Shown in pieces: positions 1-6,986 of a stretch of 37,800 nt of DNA. Source of the stretch: a virus (taxonomy: Duplodnaviria; Caudoviricetes); IMG/VR virus record IMGVR_UViG_3300043443_000231, positions 1 through 37,800 of that record; one strand, written 5' to 3'. The position numbers were made by a program, and so were the translations under genes. Position 1 is the stretch's first letter; each line of letters begins with the position of its first letter. The notes below the pieces were generated by a model that worked only from the letters and a program-made list of their open reading frames with translations, was not told the origin of the DNA and ran no database searches.

Positions 1-102
1 CGGTTACGTCATCCTCAATGTCGAAGAAGTCTCCGTTACCGAAGATAGCTTCCATGATCTCAGCGTGACGAGTCTCAACTGCTTGCTGAGTGGCAGGGGA
101 GA
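1..102. repeat. Terminal direct repeat, left copy (circular assembly overlap)
   Basis: 1-102 is identical to 37699-37800 and lies inside the portal reading frame, so it is an assembly overlap rather than a physical DTR. Confidence 0.95.
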
Positions 103-322
103 TGATACGTGAACGCTCTGAGTCACGAGTCTTGTCTTCAGAGGCCCACACACCACGGAAGATACGCTCGTATTCGTTCCACAGCTCAAGGTAGTTGCTA
201 TCTCGCCAATCACGCCAGTTATCGCACTGACCAACAACGAAAGAGACTAGATCTTTGTCAGCCTCTGTTGGTTCCTCGAACTCTGGTGCATCGTTGTTTT
301 CCATATTATTAGTAGTAGCCAT
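1..322 (-). CDS. Portal protein, N-terminal part (continues across the circular join into 37698..35999; ~673 aa in total)
   Basis: Manual translation MATTNNMENNDAPEFEEP...WNEYERIFRGVW...RHAEIMEAIFGNGDFFD joins the 35999..37753 ORF in frame; AAGGA RBS precedes ATG 322. Confidence 0.9.
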   Translation of the reverse strand, partial: MATTNNMENNDAPEFEEPTEADKDLVSFVVGQCDNWRDWRDSNYLELWNEYERIFRGVWASEDKTRDSERSRIISPATQQAVETRHAEIMEAIFGNGDFFDIEDDVT

Positions 323-339
323 TTGTTTCCTTGTTATTC

Positions 340-606
340 TTACCACTTAACCTTGTCAGCCCAGTAAGCAGCTGACATACGGCCTTTGTCGATGTTCTTA
401 GCGTGTCTAGCCTTGAAGGACTTATTACGTGCTGAACCTTCAGGAGAACCTGAGACACCTTGCTGACCAAACCTGATAAGCTTTACTTCGTCACCTTCAC
501 GGGCAACTACTACATGGCTCTTGGTTGGGTGGTTAGGTGTGCGCTTAGGCTTGTTGTAGCCTTCAACGCCAGCTCTCTCTAGTCGTGGATCTTTTGCTTT
601 AGCCAT
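340..606 (-). CDS. Small basic conserved phage protein, 88 aa (KLIRFGQ...RH...SAAYW family)
   Basis: Likely start ATG 606 (MAKAKDPRL), overlapping the upstream stop; motif recalled from tailed phages and large DNA viruses; function unknown. Confidence 0.75.
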   Translation of the reverse strand: MAKAKDPRLERAGVEGYNKPKRTPNHPTKSHVVVAREGDEVKLIRFGQQGVSGSPEGSARNKSFKARHAKNIDKGRMSAAYWADKVKW

Positions 607-766
607 TGTTTTTCTTTTTCTTTCCAGTTTTAGCAGTCTTAGCTGAGTCCTTGAAGTCTTGGGCTGTAGGAGCACCCTTGCTACCGGGCTTCCTCATCTT
701 CTCACCTGAGCCAGCTTCGATGCGTTTGCGCTTGGCGTTAATGTTTGCGTATAAGCCTTGTTTCAT
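599..766 (-). CDS. Small Lys/Arg-rich protein, 55 aa (MKQGLYANINAKRKRIEAGSGEKMRKPGSKGAPTAQDFKDSAKTAKTGKKKKNNG)
   Basis: Manual translation, not in the ORF track; fills the gap between terL and the next gene; GLYANI-x-AKRKR motif recalled from aquatic phages. Confidence 0.8.
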   Translation of the reverse strand: MKQGLYANINAKRKRIEAGSGEKMRKPGSKGAPTAQDFKDSAKTAKTGKKKKNNG

Positions 767-769
767 ATA

Positions 770-2041
770 TCAATATCCTGAGATCGTATCTAAAACTTCG
801 TAGTCGTCATCGTCATAATCTGTATTATAACTGGTTACAGCAAGTTGGTCTACGTAAGACAAACTATCTATTAAGTCATCGTGGACGCCAGCTGTAGGGA
901 ACATCAGGAACTGGTCAATGAACTCCTTCCAGTCACTCTTGTCTAAGCTATCGTTTAGGGTGATCCTGCCGTGTTCAAACCTACCTTGTAAAGACCAGAC
1001 AACCCTGTCAGTCTTCTTCTTGTTCCCGTGTGTTAAGTCCGTGATGTGGCAATAGACGTTGTTCTTCCTCATCAAGTCATTGAGGTAAGGCTGAACTGCG
1101 TTCTTCAAAGCTCCTCGTTCAATTCCAACAGCAATGGGCTGATGGTCACGCACAGCCATAAGAATCCTACTAGCAGTTTCACGAATGTCCCAACGTCCAT
1201 GAATGATGTCCTTGATCCACCAGTTTCCGTTGTCCTCTACCTTAACGATTGAGATAGCACTTTCGTCTAACCTTTTCTTGGCTGCACCGGCATTTTTTGA
1301 TACATCCTCAAAACCAGCCAAGTCAATCGCTATGACATACGACCCATAAGCAGGTTCAGGGGCATATCTGATCCAATCCTCTTTGAAGACTTCTTGCCCT
1401 GCGTTATCAAAACTGGAGAGATACTCCTGCTTGAAGGCAAATGAGCTTAGAGTTCTCTCAGCAGCCTCAATTTCTTTTGGGTCAATAGTCTCGTTGTCTT
1501 TGGTAGTGAAGTGCCATGACTTCCACTCTTCGTCACTGCCTTCTAAGCCTAACTTAAAGACATCGTAGAACCAATTACGTCCACTAGGGGTTGAGATGAA
1601 TAAGGCTCTACCCTTCTTGTCTGACAAGGAAGCTCGGATGATCTTCTGCCATACGTCTTCCTTGATAAAGGCACATTCGTCTAGAACCACGTAGGTAAGA
1701 GACACACCACGTAGAGAATCAGGGTTGTCAGCACCACGAACCAATATCTTCCTACCATTGACGAGAAGGATTTCGAGGTTATTGATGTGTGATGACTTAA
1801 TGACTGGTCGTCCAAGTTCATGTAACAAGTCCCAGATAATTGTTCTAGCTTGTCCTAAGGTAGGAGCTATGTACATCACAGCTGACCCTTCAGGACAGTT
1901 TAAACCTTCTATAAGGAGGCTTACAGCGGATAGTCTGGACTTACCACACCTTCGACCTGCTGCTACGACCTTGAAGCGAGTAGTGTTCTTGAAGACCTCT
2001 TGTTGCCACTTCAACAGCTGAAAGTTAAGTTCAGCCATCAA
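770..2041 (-). CDS. terL: Terminase large subunit
   Basis: Walker A AAGRRCGKS, Walker B YVVLDE, coupling motif ISTP, nuclease acidic residues (IDLAG, HDDLIDSL). Confidence 0.95.
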   Translation of the reverse strand: MMAELNFQLLKWQQEVFKNTTRFKVVAAGRRCGKSRLSAVSLLIEGLNCPEGSAVMYIAPTLGQARTIIWDLLHELGRPVIKSSHINNLEILLVNGRKILVRGADNPDSLRGVSLTYVVLDECAFIKEDVWQKIIRASLSDKKGRALFISTPSGRNWFYDVFKLGLEGSDEEWKSWHFTTKDNETIDPKEIEAAERTLSSFAFKQEYLSSFDNAGQEVFKEDWIRYAPEPAYGSYVIAIDLAGFEDVSKNAGAAKKRLDESAISIVKVEDNGNWWIKDIIHGRWDIRETASRILMAVRDHQPIAVGIERGALKNAVQPYLNDLMRKNNVYCHITDLTHGNKKKTDRVVWSLQGRFEHGRITLNDSLDKSDWKEFIDQFLMFPTAGVHDDLIDSLSYVDQLAVTSYNTDYDDDDYEVLDTISGY

Positions 2042-2450
2042 CGCCTCCGTGAGGCTCTACATCACCTTCGTAATCTTTTACCTTGACATCCGTTATGTCC
2101 TCAGCCAAGTCGACTGTAGGCCCTTGGAGTCCAGATATGTTAATGCTAATCTGAGGAGCAGACCCTGAGTTTTTAGCCGCCTCAAACATGGATACAGGAA
2201 GGATACGGTCTACTGCAAGCTTCATGGCAGCCATTTGACCGGGATGTCCGTCAGACATGGCTATTTCCACCATCTTGTCTAAGATCCTCGTTCCACCAGT
2301 GGCTAGGAGCCTTTCCTTAAATTCTTGGAGTCTACCAGCATCACCCACTGGTCGCCCTAGCTTACCTTTGGTTCTGTTTTTTACAGCTTGTAGGTCAGAT
2401 TTTGGTGGCCTACCTCTTCCCCTTTTTTTCGGGGTAACAATCTCAGACAT
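2031..2450 (-). CDS. Putative terminase small subunit with AT-hook-like motifs
   Basis: Directly upstream of and overlapping terL; KKRGRGRPPK and LGRP motifs; HPGQMAAMKLAVDRILP helix. Confidence 0.7.
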   Translation of the reverse strand: MSEIVTPKKRGRGRPPKSDLQAVKNRTKGKLGRPVGDAGRLQEFKERLLATGGTRILDKMVEIAMSDGHPGQMAAMKLAVDRILPVSMFEAAKNSGSAPQISINISGLQGPTVDLAEDITDVKVKDYEGDVEPHGGVDG

Positions 2451-2720
2451 AGTGTTTTATCCCTTTCACTGGAACACTCTTAATAAAGACACCCCATAAA
2501 GGGTAGACAATCCAAAGTCACATAGTTCTATAAAGTAAATTAAGGGAACTTTAATGAAGCTTAATTAAAGTAGTTTTAATATAAGTTATTATTTTTACTA
2601 TAAGGTTAATCTTACTTAGTTGTATTAACTTCCTAGGCCTCTTGTGTCCTATATAGTACTTTAGTTAACTACTTAGATTCATCCCTAGTGATCTTCATAG
2701 AATATTATAACTATTCCCAC

Positions 2721-2749
2721 ACTCTATCAGACTTTTACTCATTTGTCAA
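2721..2749 (-). promoter_or_regulatory. Sigma70-type late promoter for the terS-terL-portal operon
   Basis: TTGACA (2749-2744), 17 nt, TAGAGT (2726-2721) with extended TG; A-tract upstream. Confidence 0.75.
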
Positions 2750-3120
2750 GTCTTTTTTGTAATTATTTTCAATTATTTTATCCAGACACCCGTCTTAGTG
2801 TCTACCTACTTCATAGCCCCTTGTGGGCACTTTAGAGACTCTCACAAGACACTATGTCAGCCCCTCGTGTACAGTTTCTACTGCCCAGTTTATTACATTT
2901 TTTATATACCTGACCTGTCCCTAATTTATCTGTAGCTAACTTCTTTGATTTTATTGTATTTTTTAGTATCTTTAGTCATCTTCTTTATTACTTCTTTTTG
3001 TGTACTTTAGAGGCTCCCACAAAAGTAACATCAACGTCCCACCCCCTCCCCCCATGTTAGTTAGTGCTCACTTCGCAGGCAATATAGTTATAAAACATAA
3101 TCATCAGTATACTTACTAAG

Positions 3121-3154
3121 TTATCCACAGGATACTCACAGGATCTCCACAGGA
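3121..3154 (+). repeat. DnaA box TTATCCACA within three 11-bp tandem repeats (tatccacagga / tactcacagga / tctccacagga)
   Basis: Read directly; TTATCCACA at 3121-3129 is the consensus DnaA box. Confidence 0.75.
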
Positions 3155-3179
3155 ACTAAAGTGCATGTCATTGTAGCAC

Positions 3180-3201
3180 CTATTTAGGGACTATTTAGGA
3201 A
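3180..3201 (+). repeat. 11-bp tandem repeat ctatttaggga / ctatttaggaa
   Basis: Read directly. Confidence 0.7.
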
Positions 3202-3211
3202 CTATAATGCA

Positions 3212-3324
3212 TGTCAGGTAACTGTCAGCCAAGCGTAAGAAAAGTGTCGGGAAACCGTCAGTAGTGTCAAAATATTGACAGTATTTGTAAGGTAACTGTA
3301 AGAAATATGTCGGGATTACGTCAG
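3212..3324 (+). repeat. Two arrays of 11-bp-phased YGTMRG half-sites flanking a TGTCAA-N4-TTGACA palindrome
   Basis: GT(C/A)(A/G) cores at 3213, 3224, 3235, 3246, 3257 and at 3287, 3298, 3309, 3320; palindrome at 3265-3280. Confidence 0.8.
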
Positions 3325-3325
3325 T

Positions 3326-3334
3326 TTATACACA
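3326..3334 (+). promoter_or_regulatory. Second DnaA box, TTATACACA
   Basis: Matches TTATNCACA. Confidence 0.5.
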
Positions 3335-3363
3335 ATAGTAATACTGAAGTATTCAATTTATGT

Positions 3364-3379
3364 TGGCATGGTTCGTGCA
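3364..3379 (+). promoter_or_regulatory. Sigma54 (-24/-12) type site TGGCATGGTTCGTGCA
   Basis: GG at 3365-66 and GC at 3377-78, exactly 10 nt apart; close to TGGCACG-N4-TTGCW. Confidence 0.55.
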
Positions 3380-3493
3380 TGGTAGATAGTACGCTAGGAA
3401 ACTGCAAAGACTAGGGTAAACACCTAGAGACAAACTGCAAAATCTAGCGATAATGAAGTCTCTATTAACTGACCAAGTAAAGGACAAACGATT

Positions 3494-3700
3494 ATGAAAC
3501 TACCTAAATGGGTTGCCCATATCGACGATGAGACAAGCCTAGATCACGGTTACATCGTCACCCTAGCAAACGGCTGCACCTTCAAAGATGAGCCGGATTG
3601 TGGGGTAAGAGGGTTCGAGACAATGGCTGAACTCAAGCAAGCCATTAAACGTGATAATATCATCATGTCTGCAGCGCAAAAGTTGACTGCTGCCGTCTAA
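3494..3700 (+). CDS. First early hypothetical protein
   Basis: AAGGA RBS; 68 aa ORF. Confidence 0.75.
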   Translation: MKLPKWVAHIDDETSLDHGYIVTLANGCTFKDEPDCGVRGFETMAELKQAIKRDNIIMSAAQKLTAAV

Positions 3701-3719
3701 CCAAATGAAGGAAAACACC

Positions 3720-3797
3720 ATGAAAAACCGTATCATCGACACCGTAATCTATGTACTAGGGTTTGTCTCTATTGTTTTAGTGTGGCTTACCGCTTAA
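3720..3797 (+). CDS. 25-aa single-TM peptide MKNRIIDTVIYVLGFVSIVLVWLTA
   Basis: Manual translation; AAGGA RBS. Confidence 0.6.
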   Translation: MKNRIIDTVIYVLGFVSIVLVWLTA

Positions 3798-3834
3798 TAT
3801 ATCAACCTCATTAACTTGACAAGGACTGTCTATC

Positions 3835-4110
3835 ATGATCGCAATTCACACTAAGTTTATCCCTGCGTCTAACACCAAAGGCTCACGCATCAAGGCGTAC
3901 ACCACGGGCTACGGTGACCATAAAGGCTTTACCGCTACCGTTGGCTATCCCTCAGAGTTTGATTCTGTACGTGCTCACTTTGAGGCAGTCAAGGCCTTGG
4001 TGTCTAAAAACAAACTTGAATGGAATCTTGAAGGTATGCGCTACGGTGACAGCGCGGACGGTAAGGGCTACAGCTTTTGCTTCGATGCCTCAACTGTGGA
4101 GGGTCGATAA
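3835..4110 (+). CDS. Conserved early phage hypothetical protein (TKF-P-SNTKGSRIKA family)
   Basis: AAGGA RBS; N-terminal motif recalled from many phage early regions. Confidence 0.8.
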   Translation: MIAIHTKFIPASNTKGSRIKAYTTGYGDHKGFTATVGYPSEFDSVRAHFEAVKALVSKNKLEWNLEGMRYGDSADGKGYSFCFDASTVEGR

Positions 4111-4112
4111 TC

Positions 4113-4259
4113 ATGAAATATTTACTTAAACTGATAGCGAATAACGGGGAAACTGCAACCCTCGAATTCAACGATTACAATGAAGCAGTGAAAATGCGTG
4201 AGTCTTTCATGCTTATGGGGCAGTACAGTGACGCCTTTATTGTCTCAACGTGTCGCTAA
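4113..4259 (+). CDS. Hypothetical protein, 48 aa
   Basis: GGAGG RBS before ATG 4113. Confidence 0.6.
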   Translation: MKYLLKLIANNGETATLEFNDYNEAVKMRESFMLMGQYSDAFIVSTCR

Positions 4260-4278
4260 AAAAGGAAAACGTAAACAT

Positions 4279-4530
4279 ATGAAGTCTAAACTAGAATTCC
4301 ACGAGCTTGAACGTATGGCATGGCGTGACGGTAACCCTTTACATGGTGAGCTTGTGTCTATGCGTCAAGAACTGCTACATTTGCTCAGAATAGCTAACAG
4401 CGTAGCATCACGCTATGATTGTGTTGTAAACAACGCCTTTGAAGATGACGATTTCGCATCAGTGGCATTGTGGGCAACCTTCATTAACCATATTGATAGT
4501 CTTGAGAGAGACTTGGGAGAAGATCTATGA
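4279..4530 (+). CDS. Hypothetical protein (ELERMAWRDGN motif)
   Basis: AAGGA RBS before ATG 4279; ATGA coupling to the next gene. Confidence 0.7.
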   Translation: MKSKLEFHELERMAWRDGNPLHGELVSMRQELLHLLRIANSVASRYDCVVNNAFEDDDFASVALWATFINHIDSLERDLGEDL

Positions 4531-4742
4531 AAACACTAATCGCAAATATTAACTACGCAATACGCAACAATGAAACCGTTACCATTGGTGGCGGTACTTT
4601 TGAGGCGCATGAACTCTATAAAATCATTCAACTATACAATGCGGCTCAACTGGCTAAAGATGCCCTATTATTTGACTATGGCGGTGAACCTCTGCCCTCA
4701 CTTGAAAAAGAAGCCTTAGACGCTTTAAGGGGTGTTTTATGA
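4527..4742 (+). CDS. Hypothetical protein
   Basis: ATGA-coupled ORF. Confidence 0.7.
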   Translation: MKTLIANINYAIRNNETVTIGGGTFEAHELYKIIQLYNAAQLAKDALLFDYGGEPLPSLEKEALDALRGVL

Positions 4743-4791
4743 CTTTAGTACTAATCTTCTACACTATCGACCTATTGATTGAAAGAGACCT

Positions 4792-4902
4792 ATGGTAAAA
4801 ACAAGTAACTGGCCGTTCCCGTCAGAATTGCCACCAAAGAAACCTAACGACAACCTACCGCCTAAGTACAACCCAGCGAATGACGATCCTAGCCCTTTAT
4901 AG
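4792..4902 (+). CDS. 36-aa proline-rich peptide with WPFP motif
   Basis: Manual translation MVKTSNWPFPSELPPKKPNDNLPPKYNPANDDPSPL; preceded by a 19-aa ORF at 4739-4798. Confidence 0.5.
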   Translation: MVKTSNWPFPSELPPKKPNDNLPPKYNPANDDPSPL

Positions 4903-4929
4903 GGGCCTAGAAGGTGGTTTTTAACAGTT

Positions 4930-4962
4930 TGTAAGTTTCGTGTAAGGTTTGTATGCTAGGAT
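4930..4962 (+). promoter_or_regulatory. Putative activator-dependent promoter: TGTAAG-N5-TGTAAG, 10 nt, then -10 TAGGAT with extended TG
   Basis: Direct repeat 4930-4946; -10 at 4957-4962; Pho-box-like geometry. Confidence 0.45.
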
Positions 4963-4992
4963 ATTATCCATATTTTTTATGGAGTAATACTT

Positions 4993-5502
4993 ATGGCTAC
5001 AAAAAAACATAGACAGGAATTAATAAAAATGCACAATCACAAATACAGTAGACACTACACAACAGAGGGTTATTACTGTTTTTATTGTGGCGACCCTGCT
5101 GAAGGGTTAGACCATGTGCCGCCCATAAGCATGATTGACATTATGCCTTATGAAAAGCGTAAAAAAGACAGGATACCTGCCGTAACAGTGGCTTGTTGCT
5201 CAGAATGTAACAACGCTTTATCAAGTAGACGACTATCGACAGTAGATGATCGCTTGATGTTCTTAGAATCTTATTATGATGCTAAGTTTAAGAAGCAAAA
5301 CGCCATGTGGTCGGAAGAAGAAATTTCAGAGCTAGGGTTTTCCCTGCAAAAGACAGTCCGAGCAAAACAAGAAAAGTTGCAAAGATACATTCACAAAATC
5401 CGAGGGATTCAACGCAGACACACAATGGTTGAAACACACCCCACCTTTGAAGAACATCCAACAGAAGAAGAAAGCCTCAAACATGCCTCTAAAACCGATT
5501 AA
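4993..5502 (+). CDS. HNH endonuclease (Zn-binding, McrA/gp74-like fold)
   Basis: CFYCG...DHVPP...CSECN motifs; GGAG RBS. Confidence 0.85.
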   Translation: MATKKHRQELIKMHNHKYSRHYTTEGYYCFYCGDPAEGLDHVPPISMIDIMPYEKRKKDRIPAVTVACCSECNNALSSRRLSTVDDRLMFLESYYDAKFKKQNAMWSEEEISELGFSLQKTVRAKQEKLQRYIHKIRGIQRRHTMVETHPTFEEHPTEEESLKHASKTD

Positions 5503-5564
5503 AACCGCCCTAGAAGCGATTTTTAAGGTGTTCTCTATTTCCGCAACATAAGAGGAGATAAATA

Positions 5565-5843
5565 ATGCATTGTATCGCTTGTGATAGATTGTTATCAGAA
5601 TTTGAAGCAACAAGGAAAAATGCTATGACGATGGACTACATCGACTTATGCAAGGTTTGTTTTGAAGATGTTAAGGGGTTATTCCCTGTCATTGAAAGGA
5701 AAGACCTAGTAACTGAGTCGGATTTAGACCCCAGTGAACGAGACATTGATGTAGAATCAACTTCTAGCATGGAAATGGACACAGGGGATTGTAGAGACTA
5801 TATAGACTATATAGTATCTAATGACATCTATGGTGATTCATAG
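5565..5843 (+). CDS. Zinc-finger protein (CxxC...CxxC) with acidic tail
   Basis: MHCIACD...DLCKVCF; GAGGAG RBS. Confidence 0.75.
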   Translation: MHCIACDRLLSEFEATRKNAMTMDYIDLCKVCFEDVKGLFPVIERKDLVTESDLDPSERDIDVESTSSMEMDTGDCRDYIDYIVSNDIYGDS

Positions 5844-5922
5844 ATGTTTCATAGAAGTAAAATACACTATTAAAGATACCTTAAATACTTATGTCATTAA
5901 AGAACTTTAAAGAGGAAAACCT

Positions 5923-6138
5923 ATGCTAAAAGTTGAAATTGACTATGACAGTGGATTGTCTATATTTGGTGTTGTCTTAAAACAACAGTACCTTGATTTG
6001 TCTCCTACTTATGTGGGTTCACCTCTGTTTTCTATGGACAAAGAGGAAAACAAGAGGGAGTATCAACGATACAAAGAAGCCTTTAAGTTGGTAGCTGAAT
6101 ACAATGGTATTAATTTAAGAAAAGGTAAACAAAGATGA
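5923..6138 (+). CDS. Hypothetical protein
   Basis: GAGG RBS; 71 aa. Confidence 0.7.
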   Translation: MLKVEIDYDSGLSIFGVVLKQQYLDLSPTYVGSPLFSMDKEENKREYQRYKEAFKLVAEYNGINLRKGKQR

Positions 6139-6302
6139 ATGAGCAAGAAAACTATGGCTTTGAAGATCATTACATTGATGACTGGTGTTTCAAAGAGGAA
6201 GCCCATTATCACCACACGATTCAAGATGTAGCTGAGTTAATCTCTGTCTATGGTTGGCAACAGGTGTTAGCTGATATTCTCGAAGCGGAGAAAAAGCTAT
6301 GA
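6135..6302 (+). CDS. Acidic hypothetical protein, 55 aa
   Basis: Manual translation MNEQENYGFEDHYIDDWCFKEEAHY...; ATGA-coupled on both sides. Confidence 0.7.
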   Translation: MNEQENYGFEDHYIDDWCFKEEAHYHHTIQDVAELISVYGWQQVLADILEAEKKL

Positions 6303-6637
6303 GCAATGCACAACACACACCTGGGCCTTGGCGCATTGGCTCATTGGCTAGCTACGATGGATACACGGGCCAGCCATATCGCAACGTATGGGCAGGTGAA
6401 GACGAGGCGGCAACCGTTGTGGCCCGCGCCATCCGTAGCGATGGGGCAATGACCAATGACGTGGACGCCGATGCTCTTTTAATCGCCGCAGCGCCTGAGT
6501 TGTTGGAAGCCGCAGAAATGGCTTTTTGCTTGTTAGATAACTTTGTTGAAGACCCAAGGGTAGATGTTGAGATCAAAGCAACTATGGTTGAGCTTCAAAA
6601 AGCCATCGCTAAGGCCGAAGGAAGGGATCAGAAATGA
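6299..6637 (+). CDS. HTPGPW...LIAAAPELLEA family phage protein
   Basis: Recognisable motifs; 5' two-thirds visibly GC-richer than its neighbours. Confidence 0.8.
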   Translation: MSNAQHTPGPWRIGSLASYDGYTGQPYRNVWAGEDEAATVVARAIRSDGAMTNDVDADALLIAAAPELLEAAEMAFCLLDNFVEDPRVDVEIKATMVELQKAIAKAEGRDQK

Positions 6638-6686
6638 TAATGTCTTTGTGTATTTTTGTATTAACTTTGTTGAAAGTGAGTCTTAA

Positions 6687-6986
6687 ATGAACGGAAAACA
6701 ACCACACAAACACGCAGAGCTTATCAAGGCTTGGGCTGATGGCGCTGATATTGAAATTTATGATGAATATTGCAAAGAATGGCAATATATCACTAGCCCT
6801 GTATGGTGCGAAGAATTTGAATACCGTATCAAACCAGAACCAAAACCTGATGTTGTCGTTGAATGGCTGGTAGAAAAGCAAAGAGTGACATATTTCGACA
6901 ATAGAAGTGTTGATTCAGGAAAAAACCTGCGACTAACATTTGACAGCGAAACTGGCAAACTCAAATCAGCAGAGGTACTGAAATGA
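6687..6986 (+). CDS. HKHAELIKAWADGA family phage protein
   Basis: Recognisable motif including P-W...EYRIKP; ATGA-coupled. Confidence 0.8.
   Translation: MNGKQPHKHAELIKAWADGADIEIYDEYCKEWQYITSPVWCEEFEYRIKPEPKPDVVVEWLVEKQRVTYFDNRSVDSGKNLRLTFDSETGKLKSAEVLK

Noticed and set aside
1-102. Terminal repeat as the biological DTR
   Set aside because: It lies inside the portal ORF, which reads through the join; this is typical of assembler circular overlap
2937-2950. IHF site (taacttctttgatt)
   Set aside because: Spacer is one base longer than WATCAA-N4-TTR, and the AT-rich background makes a chance match likely
3265-3303. Divergent sigma70 promoters from the two TTGACA in the palindrome
   Set aside because: No acceptable -10 at 17 nt on either strand (GTAAGA on +, ACACTT on -)
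3122-3324. CRISPR or mini-array
   Set aside because: Units are 11 bp with no 25-45 bp repeat-spacer structure, and there are no cas genes
2451-3493. tRNA or known ncRNA in the large intergenic region
   Set aside because: No cloverleaf or T-loop motif recognised by eye; an Infernal/tRNAscan run would be needed to exclude it fully
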